Shown piece by piece: positions 1 to 10,800 of a DNA stretch of 64,000 nucleotides; position 1 is the first letter of the stretch, and each line of letters opens with the position of its first letter. The notes under the pieces were generated by a model. It saw nothing but the letters and a program-made list of their open reading frames with translations. It was not told where the DNA came from and searched no databases. This stretch comes from a virus. Location of the stretch: IMG/VR virus record IMGVR_UViG_3300031963_011573, positions 32,001 through 96,000 of that record; one strand, written 5' to 3'. A program made the position numbers and the translations under genes.

Positions 1-2
1 AA

Positions 3-197
3 GCAGAAGATATAGTAGTTGGATATGTAGAATATCTTGATAGATTATCTCGTGTTATTGAAATTTCTGATAAAAAACTTAAACAATTAGATAGTGCAGG
101 TGCTTTTAAAGCAGATGATGAAGTGGGTTCTATTTTTAAAGGTATACAACAAATACAAGAAATATTAAATGAATTCAATGTTAGAAAATACAATTAA
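3..197 (+). CDS. 3' end of a hypothetical protein (5'-truncated by the window edge)
   Basis: Open frame from base 3 (AEDIVVGYVEYLDRLSRVIEISDKKLKQLDSAGAFKADDEVG...RKYN) to TAA at 195-197; overlaps the start of the next gene. Confidence 0.75.
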   Translation, partial: AEDIVVGYVEYLDRLSRVIEISDKKLKQLDSAGAFKADDEVGSIFKGIQQIQEILNEFNVRKYN

Positions 198-906
198 AAA
201 AACCCGCAAACCTAAAAATAAAAATTATTTCACCCAAGAAACTGAGGATGCTATTATATTATATAACAATACTTCCAACCCAGTCTTAAGGAGTAAAATA
301 TATGAGGAAAAAATCCATTTCCCATTTTTTAAACTTACCCAAAATATAATTCATACTTTTAAATTTTATCATACCGAAGTAGAAAATTTAGAACACCTTC
401 AACATGAAATTATAGTTTTTCTTTTATCTAAAATTCATTTATTCAACCCAGAGAATGGAGCTAAAGCATATTCATATTTTGGTACCATAGTTAAACGTTG
501 GTGTATTTTATATAATGAAAAAACTTATAAATCAAAAGTTAAAAAAACCTCAATTGATGAACTATCCAAAGATGATAGTTACTCTTACACTTTAGAATTA
601 TCATCCCCAGATGATAAATTATCATATTTTATAGATCAATATGTTGATTATGTAACAGAAAATATTTATTTAATTTTTCCAAAAGAAGCAGATGCTAAAA
701 TAGCAGATGCAGTATTAGAATTATTTAGAAAAAGAGACCAAATAGATATTTTCAATAAAAAAGCACTTTATATCTATATCCATGAAATGATCCCTAATGC
801 TAAAACCCCTAAAATAACCAAAATAGCAAATTCATTATACGATATATTTAAAAAGAACTATGTGTTCTATTTAGATCAAGGATATATAGATTTTCAATCC
901 TTGTAA
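169..906 (+). CDS. T4 gp55-like late-transcription sigma factor
   Basis: N-terminal KNYF and the segment HLFNPENGAKAYSYFGTIVKR resemble the gp55/sigma region-2 motif F[DN]P..S.NPFAYFTQI; start may be 169 or 178. Confidence 0.65.
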   Translation: MNSMLENTIKKTRKPKNKNYFTQETEDAIILYNNTSNPVLRSKIYEEKIHFPFFKLTQNIIHTFKFYHTEVENLEHLQHEIIVFLLSKIHLFNPENGAKAYSYFGTIVKRWCILYNEKTYKSKVKKTSIDELSKDDSYSYTLELSSPDDKLSYFIDQYVDYVTENIYLIFPKEADAKIADAVLELFRKRDQIDIFNKKALYIYIHEMIPNAKTPKITKIANSLYDIFKKNYVFYLDQGYIDFQSL

Positions 907-912
907 TTTTTC

Positions 913-921
913 ATATTTATT
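913..921 (+). promoter_or_regulatory. Putative late promoter ATATTTAT(A/T)
   Basis: One of about 25 copies of the motif found just upstream of genes. Confidence 0.6.
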
Positions 922-935
922 CCCAAAAAACTAAT

Positions 936-1274
936 ATGAGTAATTTAGAAGAAAATATTTGGGGTAAGAAAAAATTCTCCGATTTGTTAAAGGAGATATA
1001 TGAAAACTCTAAGAAAAAAGAAGCCCAAATCAATGCTTTAATAGGTGAATTAAAACCTTTAATCAATGACATAGGTGATGCTACTTTAATAGTTCCTTTA
1101 ATTAAGGAATACATGGAATTAGGTATCAAAAATGATGAACAACTTATTAAAATGGCTACTATCGCTCAACGAGCAATTGCTACTGGAAAATCAAGTGAAG
1201 AAGGATTTGGTATGACTGAAGAAGAAAAAGCTCAATTGTTAAATGAAGTTAAAAAATTTAATTCAAAAGACTAA
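936..1274 (+). CDS. Hypothetical helical protein (weak candidate for terminase small subunit)
   Basis: 112 aa, all-helical; helical-hairpin layout loosely like T4 gp16; no diagnostic motif. Confidence 0.35.
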   Translation: MSNLEENIWGKKKFSDLLKEIYENSKKKEAQINALIGELKPLINDIGDATLIVPLIKEYMELGIKNDEQLIKMATIAQRAIATGKSSEEGFGMTEEEKAQLLNEVKKFNSKD

Positions 1275-2536
1275 TGTCGCATAAATTTGGATTTCCTGCA
1301 ATGACTAATAGGGCTTTAGGGAATAAACCTAATACCCCCTCATCTCCTTCTAAAGGTGGGAAAATATTAGTTAGAATTATAGATATAATTTTAGATGAAA
1401 ATCATCCCAATTTTAATTCTAATGCAGGTCTTAACCAAATAGGACAAATCACAGCAGAAACAGTCTCAATTAATTCCTCAGTTAGACCTAGAATTTACAC
1501 AGCAACTCCTGCGTTTCCTGATAAAAAGAATTTACCATTAATAAACGAATATGTTTATGTATACCAAATTGTAAGCCCTAATTCTATAGGTGGTTCATGG
1601 GTATATGATCCACAACCTATATCATTGTATGGAATATTATCACCAAACGCAAACCCATATCCTTCATCCATATCTGATCTTAATCCATCATCACAAAAAT
1701 TAGATTATACTCAAGTTGAATTAGGAGCATCTAATATAACAGATAATCAATTAGTTGAACTTGATTTAAATTCTAAAACCAACCCAAGTCAAAATACATT
1801 TGTAGAAAAAGGAAATATTCATCCCTTAATGCCTTTTGCAGGGGATATAATTTATGAAGGAAGATGGGGGAATAGTATCCGATTAGGTTCTACAGCAAAA
1901 TCAAAAAGTAAGTATGTTAATAATTGGTCAATTGCTGGAGAAAATGGGGATCCTATTACTATTTTAAGAAATGGGCAAAATCCAAATTCTGGGGATTTTG
2001 GTGCTGAACCTATTACTGAAAATATAAGTAAAGATTTATCCTCAATATATTTAACTTCTACTCAAAAAATTCCATTTAGTTTAGCAAATGAGAATTTCAT
2101 TTCTTATACAAAACCACCTATAACCCCAGCTTCATTTACATCTCCACAAATAATTTTAAATTCAGATAGAGTAATTCTAAATGCTAAAACTGATAATGTT
2201 TTAATTAGTGGACAAAAATCAATTGGTTTATCTTCAAATGAAAGTATAAATTTAGAATCTGATAAAGTTTATATAGGGTCTAATGATATTAGATTAGGAG
2301 ATAAAAATGCTACCCAACCTGTTTTAAAAGGAGATGACACTGTAACTCTACTTAAACAAGTAATTACTGAACTTTTAAACATTTCAACAGCACTTAAAAC
2401 TATTCAAATATTCCCTGGAGGAGCACCTTCCCCAGACCCTATTATAGGCCCAACAGCTAACATAGCAGCCACTAATTTGAATACTATTCTACAACAAATA
2501 GATAAAATTAAATCTAATTTTGTAAAAACTAGTTAA
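1274..2536 (+). CDS. Baseplate hub/spike protein, gp5-like (no lysozyme domain seen)
   Basis: N-terminal OB-like region (LPLINEYV), GDIIYEGRWGNSIRLGS, beta-helix-type C-terminal half (QIILNSDRVILNAK; PVLKGD); sits upstream of the gp25 and gp6 genes. Confidence 0.6.
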   Translation: MSHKFGFPAMTNRALGNKPNTPSSPSKGGKILVRIIDIILDENHPNFNSNAGLNQIGQITAETVSINSSVRPRIYTATPAFPDKKNLPLINEYVYVYQIVSPNSIGGSWVYDPQPISLYGILSPNANPYPSSISDLNPSSQKLDYTQVELGASNITDNQLVELDLNSKTNPSQNTFVEKGNIHPLMPFAGDIIYEGRWGNSIRLGSTAKSKSKYVNNWSIAGENGDPITILRNGQNPNSGDFGAEPITENISKDLSSIYLTSTQKIPFSLANENFISYTKPPITPASFTSPQIILNSDRVILNAKTDNVLISGQKSIGLSSNESINLESDKVYIGSNDIRLGDKNATQPVLKGDDTVTLLKQVITELLNISTALKTIQIFPGGAPSPDPIIGPTANIAATNLNTILQQIDKIKSNFVKTS

Positions 2537-2539
2537 AAA

Positions 2540-3709
2540 ATGATATCCCATTCTACAGGAACTATAGTTAACATTTATTTAAACTCACCATTAGTTGGGG
2601 CTGTGGTAAGAGTTAATACATTTACTACTACTACTGATAAAAATGGAAATTTTAAAATCCCAATCTCTGAAATCCCAGAATATTCTCCTTCAATTTCTCC
2701 AAACCAAATTTCAATTTCAATACCAAACTACCAGGCTTTAAATATAACCCCCTATAAAGGAGACGGAAGTGTAAAAGAAGATATAGGGGTAATAGGATTA
2801 ACCCCTTTATTAGATAGTTTAGATGATGAAAAAATATCTTCATCCCAATTAAAAATTGAACAAATTGAAGAAATATCTTTATCAAAAAAAGACTTTAAAT
2901 ATTTTGCTCAAAAGAAATTAATTGATTTAGTTAATAATGTAAAATCAACTTTAATACCTTTAATATTAACTTTAATATCTAGGTTTGGGATATCTCAAGT
3001 AGAAAAACTTATCCAACAGAAAAAGAATAATATTAATGATATCAAAGATCAAATAATATGTCCTACCCCACAAGAATTATCTAAAATAATATCTAGAAAA
3101 AATAAAACAGTAAAACAATTAAACAATGCTATTAAAACAATAGATAAAACAACTAAAGCTTTAGGCATTACTGGAGGAGTTATAACTTCATTAGAAATAG
3201 CATTTAATATTTTAAAAAATCTTCCTATACCTTCTGCTGTTCCTCCCGGAGTAGGTCTTCCCCTTAATGTTATTTTAGGAGTCCAAGATGGAAAAGATAA
3301 AATTGGAAAAATTATAACCTCACTTAAAACAGTTAATGCTGGGTTATTAGTTATATTAGTACTTTTAAGGCAAGTTTTAACTCAAGCAGTCCAATATTTA
3401 AATTTACTTGATACCCTTATTCAACATTGTGCACCTGACTCTTATCAAGAACAAATCTCAACAGAATTAATAGCTTTAACCACTCAACAATCAAACCAAG
3501 AATCCCCAGTAGTTACAAATGTAAATGGATTTGAAATGGGAGTTGAAACAGAAACTACAACAAATCCTTTAAAACGTAGAAGAGCAATAGCTAGAAATAA
3601 AAGTGGTGTAGTTATGTTAAAAGGAGAATGGTCTTTTAGCTCAATTGATCAGATATTAATAGATGAACTTGTATTTTATATACAACAAAACAATTTAAAA
3701 GCAGATTAA
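2540..3709 (+). CDS. Baseplate-associated protein with N-terminal carboxypeptidase-regulatory-like beta-sandwich and hydrophobic helical region
   Basis: PLVGAVVRV..TTTTDKNGNFKI motif; hydrophobic segments ALGITGGVITSLEIAF and AGLLVILVLL. Confidence 0.45.
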   Translation: MISHSTGTIVNIYLNSPLVGAVVRVNTFTTTTDKNGNFKIPISEIPEYSPSISPNQISISIPNYQALNITPYKGDGSVKEDIGVIGLTPLLDSLDDEKISSSQLKIEQIEEISLSKKDFKYFAQKKLIDLVNNVKSTLIPLILTLISRFGISQVEKLIQQKKNNINDIKDQIICPTPQELSKIISRKNKTVKQLNNAIKTIDKTTKALGITGGVITSLEIAFNILKNLPIPSAVPPGVGLPLNVILGVQDGKDKIGKIITSLKTVNAGLLVILVLLRQVLTQAVQYLNLLDTLIQHCAPDSYQEQISTELIALTTQQSNQESPVVTNVNGFEMGVETETTTNPLKRRRAIARNKSGVVMLKGEWSFSSIDQILIDELVFYIQQNNLKAD

Positions 3710-3713
3710 CCCT

Positions 3714-3722
3714 ATATTTATA
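3714..3722 (+). promoter_or_regulatory. Putative late promoter ATATTTATA
   Basis: Motif 5 nt upstream of ATG 3728. Confidence 0.65.
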
Positions 3723-3727
3723 ACCAT

Positions 3728-4063
3728 ATGAAAACCGACGGATTAAAAAAAATAATTAAAGAAGCTGTACGAGAAGCAATTCAAGAAGAATTAAAAGATA
3801 TTTTACTTGAAGCTGTTCGTTCACCAAAACAAATAGTTAGAGAATCTATTCAACCTGTAGGAACCCCAAAATCATCATTTACTCAACCAACTGTGGATTT
3901 AAGACAAAAATATAAAGATGTACTAGGAGAAACAGCTTTAAGTTTCACCTCAAACGATATTCAACCAGCTTTTAGACCTCAATCAAGTGACCCAGTAAAT
4001 GGTAATTTAGGTACCGGTGAGCTAGGAATGGATCAGATTATGGGACTTTTAAATAGTAAATAA
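3728..4063 (+). CDS. Hypothetical protein with N-terminal LKKIIKE helix
   Basis: ORF track; carries the shared N-terminal motif. Confidence 0.7.
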   Translation: MKTDGLKKIIKEAVREAIQEELKDILLEAVRSPKQIVRESIQPVGTPKSSFTQPTVDLRQKYKDVLGETALSFTSNDIQPAFRPQSSDPVNGNLGTGELGMDQIMGLLNSK

Positions 4064-4467
4064 TGGCGTTTAACCCACAACAAATATATCCTATTGATTT
4101 AGATAATAGCGCTGCTGTTGGGGTAAACTTACCTTTAAATGGTCCTGCTGTTTTTATATCAAATTTTCAAACAAAGGATGCTATAAAAAATAATTTAATA
4201 AATTTTTTCTTAACTAACCCTGGAGAAAGACCATTAAATCCAACATTCGGGGGTGGATTAAGAACATTTATTTTTGAACAAATTACTACAGACAATTTAA
4301 ATTTTCTTAGAGAAGACATAAATAGTAAACTTGCCATATATTTTCCCAATATAAATATAGAAGATCTTATAGTAGCAGGACAAGAAGATTTAAATCAAAT
4401 TACTGTAACTTTAAAATATTCAGTAATTAATACTAACATAACAGATACTTTAGAAATCCAACTTTAA
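4063..4467 (+). CDS. gp25: Baseplate wedge protein, gp25/GPW family
   Basis: IKNNLINFFLTNPGERPLNPTFGGGL motif; 134 aa; directly upstream of the gp6-like gene. Confidence 0.9.
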   Translation: MAFNPQQIYPIDLDNSAAVGVNLPLNGPAVFISNFQTKDAIKNNLINFFLTNPGERPLNPTFGGGLRTFIFEQITTDNLNFLREDINSKLAIYFPNINIEDLIVAGQEDLNQITVTLKYSVINTNITDTLEIQL

Positions 4468-4468
4468 A

Positions 4469-6313
4469 ATGGCTAATACAAATAGAGATATAAAATATAT
4501 TAATCGTGATTTTTCTGATTTTAGACAACGATTAATAGAATATTCTAAAACATATTTTCCTAACACATATAACGATTTTTCCCCTGCATCACCTGGTATG
4601 ATGTTTATAGAACAATCAGCATATGTTGGAGATGTTTTAAGCTTCTATTTAGATAACCAATTACAAGAAACCTTTACTCAATATGCTCAACAAACAAATA
4701 ATATTTATGAATTAGCTTACATGTTTGGGTATAAACCAAAAGTTTCCACAGCAGCCCAAGTCACTTTAGATTTTTACCAACAATTACCAGCTAAAACAAT
4801 AAGTGGAGAAGTAGTACCTGATTTTGATTATGCTTTAACAATTGGGGAAAATACAACTATAACTTCCCAAACAGGTGCTTCTTTTATCATACAAGATAAA
4901 ATTGATTTTTCAGTTTCTAGTTCCCAAGACCCTACAGAAATTTCAGTCTACCAAATTTCAGGAAATACACCTCAATATTTTCTTTTAAAGAAAAGTAGAA
5001 ATACAATCTCTTCTACTATTAACACAACTTCATTTAATTTCACTGATCCTATTCCTTTCCAAACAATAAACATTACAGCGAATAATTTTATCAAAATTTT
5101 AGATATTATAGATTCTGATGGAAATATATGGTATGAAGTAGATAATTTAGGACAAGAAATGGTTTTAGATAGTATAAAAAATACTAATATAAATGATCCT
5201 AATGCAGGTACAGATGCTCCATATTTATTAAGACTTAAAAAAGCCCAACGTAGATTTGCTTCTCGTATATTATCAAATTCAACCATCCAACTCCAATTTG
5301 GAGCCGGCTCTCCAAATAATATTGATGAGGAAATAGTACCAAATGCTAATAATGTTGGAATTGGGTTACCTTTCATACAAGACAAACTAACAACAGCATA
5401 CTCCCCAGTAAATTTTTTATTTACTGGAACTTATGGTATATCCCCATCAAATACAACATTAAATGTTAGATATTTAACAGGTGGGGGAGTTTCATCTAAT
5501 GTAAATTCAAATACTTTAACAACAGTATCTCCAACTAATGTCAAATTTAATAATACTAATTTAAACCCAACAATTGCTAATTATATATTTAATTCATTAT
5601 CCTCAAATAACCCATTAGCTGCCTCAGGAGGTAAAGGAGGAGATACTTTAGAGGAAATCCGTCAAAATTCTTTAGCCCTTATAGCATCCCAAAAACGTTC
5701 AGTTACAGCAGATGATTATTTAATTAGAGCATTAAGTATGCCTTCACAATATGGGGCTGTATCTAAAGCATATATTGAACAACCAAAATTAACAGATAAT
5801 CAAGTTTCTACTATTGAAACTTTAAATTTATATATTTTAACCCAAAATTCTAGTGGTCAACTAGATTATGCTGGTGATGCTTTAAAAAATAATTTAAGAA
5901 CATATCTTTCCCAATATAGAATGATAGGGGATAATATTGAAATTAGGGATGCATTTATTATTAATATAGGTGTAAATTTTGAAATCACAGTATTACCAAA
6001 TTACAATAACAGTGAAGTTTTATTAGCTTGTATTTCTACTTTACAAAACTATTTTGATACAAATAAATGGCAATTAAACCAACCTATATTATTAAAAGAC
6101 TTATATATTTTACTAGACAAAACCCCAGGAATTCAAACAGTAAAAAATGTTTCTATAACAAATAAAGCAGGAACCTCCTCAGGATACTCCCAATATACCT
6201 ATGATATAGCAGGTGCAACTCAAAATCAAGTAATTTATCCTTCACTAGACCCTAGTATTTTTGAAGTAAGATACCCAAATTCTGATATAAAAGGTAAAGT
6301 AGTTCCTTTATAA
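4469..6313 (+). CDS. gp6: Baseplate wedge protein, gp6/baseplate-J family
   Basis: RDFSDFRQRL, YNDF..ASPG.MFIE..AYVGDVLSFY, ASGG...TLEEIR, RSVTADDY motifs. Confidence 0.88.
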   Translation: MANTNRDIKYINRDFSDFRQRLIEYSKTYFPNTYNDFSPASPGMMFIEQSAYVGDVLSFYLDNQLQETFTQYAQQTNNIYELAYMFGYKPKVSTAAQVTLDFYQQLPAKTISGEVVPDFDYALTIGENTTITSQTGASFIIQDKIDFSVSSSQDPTEISVYQISGNTPQYFLLKKSRNTISSTINTTSFNFTDPIPFQTINITANNFIKILDIIDSDGNIWYEVDNLGQEMVLDSIKNTNINDPNAGTDAPYLLRLKKAQRRFASRILSNSTIQLQFGAGSPNNIDEEIVPNANNVGIGLPFIQDKLTTAYSPVNFLFTGTYGISPSNTTLNVRYLTGGGVSSNVNSNTLTTVSPTNVKFNNTNLNPTIANYIFNSLSSNNPLAASGGKGGDTLEEIRQNSLALIASQKRSVTADDYLIRALSMPSQYGAVSKAYIEQPKLTDNQVSTIETLNLYILTQNSSGQLDYAGDALKNNLRTYLSQYRMIGDNIEIRDAFIINIGVNFEITVLPNYNNSEVLLACISTLQNYFDTNKWQLNQPILLKDLYILLDKTPGIQTVKNVSITNKAGTSSGYSQYTYDIAGATQNQVIYPSLDPSIFEVRYPNSDIKGKVVPL

Positions 6314-6317
6314 TTGC

Positions 6318-6326
6318 ATATTTATA
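6318..6326 (+). promoter_or_regulatory. Putative late promoter ATATTTATA
   Basis: Motif in the 27-nt gap before ATG 6341. Confidence 0.6.
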
Positions 6327-6340
6327 ATAAAACATTATAA

Positions 6341-7459
6341 ATGGCTGTTTATAAAATTTTCCCCTTACAGGATACTACTTTATATTCTAATCATCCTGTA
6401 ATGAACACAGGACTAGATGCAATATGTGAAATATTTAATATTTTAGGTATTGATGGTAATCCTGGAGTAGCAAGATATTTAACCCAATTTGACCAGGAAG
6501 AAATCAATGATGTTATAGATAATAAAATTAATGGGGCTGAATATAGCGTATATTTAAGAAATTTTATTGCTACCGCTCAAGGAATAAATTCAACAACTGC
6601 TTTTGAAGTATACCCTATAGCTCAACAATGGAATAATGGAACAGGTCATTATTTAGATTCTCCCCAAATAACAGATGGAGCTTCTTGGAAATTTTCAAAC
6701 TATTCAGGATCAGGTTTTTGGAGTTTAAGTGGTTCATATAATGGATATTCTTATACAGGTTCATATGACCCTTTTAATTCTGAACCTGGTGGAGGAAATT
6801 GGTTTAATGACCCATCTTTTCAAATTACCCAATCATATTCATTACGTGAAGTAAAAGACTTTGATTTAAACACCAGTAATATTGTTGATGCTTGGTACTC
6901 TTCTTCTATTCCTAACTATGGGTTTATAATTAAATTATCAAGCTCATTTGAATTTTCTCCTAGTCAATATGTACAGCCTATCTTAAAATATTATAGTGTT
7001 GATACAAACACAATTTACCCTCCAACACTTGAATTTAGATGGAATGATTATACCTCATCAATAACTCCTTCTTCCCCAATTATAGATACAATTGATGTTA
7101 AAATGTCTTTAGATGGAAATACTGGTGTTTTTTATCCTGACAGTGTAAACAGATTTTATATTAATGTAAGTCCTTTATACCCTACTAGAGTATATCAAAC
7201 ATCGTCATTGTATACTAATTTAAATTATTTACCAACTTCTTCATATTACGCTATAAAGGATTTGGATACTAATGAATTTGTTATTAACTTTGACGAAACA
7301 TATACTAAAATAAGTTCTGATAGTAAAGGAAATTATTTTGATATTTACATGAGTGGCTTAGAACCTGAAAGATACTATAAAATTTTAATTAAAACTGTAA
7401 TTAATGGTTCTACTTTAGTATTTGATGACAATTACTATTTTAAAGTTATTAATGAATGA
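6341..7459 (+). CDS. Putative virion (baseplate-region) protein
   Basis: Beta-rich; SGS/TGS motifs; located in the baseplate block. Confidence 0.6.
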   Translation: MAVYKIFPLQDTTLYSNHPVMNTGLDAICEIFNILGIDGNPGVARYLTQFDQEEINDVIDNKINGAEYSVYLRNFIATAQGINSTTAFEVYPIAQQWNNGTGHYLDSPQITDGASWKFSNYSGSGFWSLSGSYNGYSYTGSYDPFNSEPGGGNWFNDPSFQITQSYSLREVKDFDLNTSNIVDAWYSSSIPNYGFIIKLSSSFEFSPSQYVQPILKYYSVDTNTIYPPTLEFRWNDYTSSITPSSPIIDTIDVKMSLDGNTGVFYPDSVNRFYINVSPLYPTRVYQTSSLYTNLNYLPTSSYYAIKDLDTNEFVINFDETYTKISSDSKGNYFDIYMSGLEPERYYKILIKTVINGSTLVFDDNYYFKVINE

Positions 7460-7818
7460 ATGAAAATATAAAATTTCAAAAGCAGGTATTTAATAAGGGG
7501 GATTATTCTAAAATAATAGATACTTCTTTTAAACAACTTGGTGTTCAAACAATTCAACAACAAATTGAAGAACAACCAACTGTTGAAGATTTTTTTAATA
7601 TGTACAATGATTTATTTTACGATATACCTGAAACAGGAGAAATAAATTCACATGAATTTCTAATCAAAAAAAGTAGTGAATATATTAATTTTGACCCAAA
7701 CCAGGAAGAAATAGAAGCATTACAAGCTGAAATAGCTCAATTAAGAACAGATTTACTTGATTCACAAAAACAAGTAATAGAATTACAAACAGGAACAACA
7801 TTAGCTAACCCACAATAA
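7456..7818 (+). CDS. Hypothetical protein with C-terminal coiled coil
   Basis: EEIEALQAEIAQLRTDLLDSQKQV heptads; start and stop overlap both neighbouring genes. Confidence 0.7.
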   Translation: MNENIKFQKQVFNKGDYSKIIDTSFKQLGVQTIQQQIEEQPTVEDFFNMYNDLFYDIPETGEINSHEFLIKKSSEYINFDPNQEEIEALQAEIAQLRTDLLDSQKQVIELQTGTTLANPQ

Positions 7819-10800
7819 TGGCAGCAGAAATTATTCAAATTGATACCCAAACCTTTACTTCACAAACATATGAAGGACAAGATACAAACTTGATCCCTAC
7901 ATTTGAAGTTCCTACTAATCTTTCAGAAAATAGTTATATTGAATATTTTACATATGACAATAATCAAAATATACTAACTTCTGACTACAATTTTACCCAA
8001 TATACAATTCAAAATGATGGTCAATCCGCTGGTAATGAAGGAAATATATCTCAAATAATAGTAGATCCTGAACAAGTTTTAGTAAATAATGGATTTGATC
8101 AAGGAGAATATATTACATATTTTAATTTTTTCAACAAACAAGTAGGTTCTAATCTAGAACAACTTTATATCTCAGAAATATCTTCTGATAGAACAGAAAT
8201 TCGTTTAGATAGTACTGTTCTTTCCAATCCTGATATTGTAGAGCAAACTACAAAATTCATTAGTGAACGAGAAAACAGTGAGTATTTTTTAGATTTTTAT
8301 TTAAACTTTGGTGACAACCAACTTATCATATCAAATAATGTTGTTTTAGATAATCAAGACCCAACTAATCCAACAGTATTAATTAAACTATATGAACCAT
8401 TACCTGAAGAATTTGATATAAATTCTACATTATGGGTAGTATCTCTTGTTGAAGAACCGAGAGCATATCAAGTTACTTTTGAGGAAGAACCTATTATTTT
8501 TGTAGATACCGTTAATATTAGTGGACCTAATTTTAATTTAGATATAAAAGATCAAGTAAATAATTCAACTTTAGAATTATCATATATTGATTTAATTACT
8601 ACATCTTTAACAAGTTCTCAAAACCAATTAAATAGTTTATTAGAGGAAAAAGAAATAGATATAAACGTAGACTATACAGATTTTTCTAATTTTGTACATT
8701 TTAGTTCAGCACAAACACGTTTAGAGAATTTTTACTATAAAACCCAATTAATAGAACAATACTCTTCATCTATTGCTGTATTAAATAATACTGTTAATTC
8801 CCCATTAAATGTTAGTAGTAGTGCTGCTGTATATGAAAGTAAAATAAGTGAAATCATAACCAATTTTGATGGTTATGAATATTTCTTATACTATGAAAAT
8901 AACCCATATACTTGGCCTAAAACTAATAATCAAAAACCATATACTTTAGAAAAATCAGATAGTACAATTGTTTTATCTTGGATTGGAAGCACAAATGAAT
9001 ATAGTCCATATTATGGAGGTTTAATTTTATCTGCCTCGTTATACGATAATAACAATAAAGATAACCTTTTATTTACAATCCCTGAATATCTAAGAGACGA
9101 TCCTGAAAACAACCAATATGAATTATTTGTTCAAATGGTTGCTCAACATTATGATAATATTTGGATATATTATAAAGAGGTAACCCAAAAATATAATGCT
9201 GATAACCGTTTAGAATACGGTATTTCAAAAGATATAGTAGCGGATGCTATTCGTGATTTTGGAGTTAAATTATACCAAAACAATTTTTCAAATGATGATT
9301 TATACACCGCATTCTTAGGTATCACACCAGAAGGTGGTTTATTCCCTTTCCCAAATATAACAGGATCTTTACCTACCCCTCCAGGATTTGAATACATAAA
9401 CACTTTAATTTCAGCATCAAACGATTATATGCCGTTAGATGATGTAAATAAATCGTTATATAAACGCATTTACCATAATTTACCATACCTGCTTAAATCA
9501 AAAGGTACTTTACCTGGTTTACGTGCTTTAATTACTTCATACGGTATTCCTGATACTATTTTAAGAATTAATGAATTTGGAGGGAAAGATAAAATAAACG
9601 TAAACGATTGGGATTCATGGCAAAATGAATTTAACTATGCATTTAATACTTCAGGAAGTAATTTTATATCTTCATCATGGGAGTTAAATCCTACTTGGAA
9701 TGCTCCAAATAATGTTCCTTCAACATTGATGTTTAGATTTAAAACAGATGGTCTTCCTTCAAACAATATTCTATACTCTCAAAGTTTATGGTATGGTGAT
9801 GGAGGAAGTGCTTTAGTATTAAAATACACAGGGTCAGCATATGTAAGTGAATCATATTCTGGTTCAATAATTGACCCGTATTACCAATATGCTAATGTAA
9901 TATTTTACCCTGATGTAAATAATTCTACCCAAACAGCAAGTGTTTATTTACCATTTTATAATGGTGGATGGTGGTCTGTAATGGTTACTAAAAATTCAAA
10001 TACTTATACATTACATTCACAAAATAAAATATATGAGGGAGGGGATAATGGAACTCTTTTAGGTTTTAAAGCATCTAGTTCTATAACATATGCTTCTAGT
10101 GCTTGGACTAATACTTCTACAAGTTATTTCCCTGTTAGTTTCTCTATTTCAGGTACCATAGGATATGATATATCAGCATATGATGTTGGAGTATATGATG
10201 AGGTAGGAAATTTAGCAGGATCATTTATACCATTTGTTGGAGCTTACCAAGAAATTAGATATTATACAGTCCCAATAAGTGAAAGTGTATTCATAGACTA
10301 TACAATGAACCCACATTCAGTTGAGGGAAATTCATTAAATAGCTCTCCAGATGAATTAGCTTTTAGAGCCTCAATTGGAGGAGAACAATACACAGCTTCA
10401 ATTTCTATACATCCTAAAGTAACTGGATCTTGGCAAACAACTCATTCATTTGCCTCTGATAGTAATTTTTACTATGATACTTCACCTAATTTTATACCAA
10501 ATGTTGAATATACTTTTGCTGATCAACCTATAGCAGGTATTAAAAATATTGTAAATGATAAAATTAGAGTAGAAAATAATGTATTACCTGAGGGAGATAC
10601 TTTATCTCAATATAGATCACTTTCTCAACAAGCTAATATATCCCAAAGTTATACCCCAAGTATTAACTATTTAGAGGTAGCATTTTCACCACAAAATGAA
10701 ATTAATGAAGATATAGTTGATCAACTTGGATATTTTAACATAGGAGAATTTATTGGAGACCCTAGATTAAGATCATCATCAGCTGAGTCATACCCTGCGT

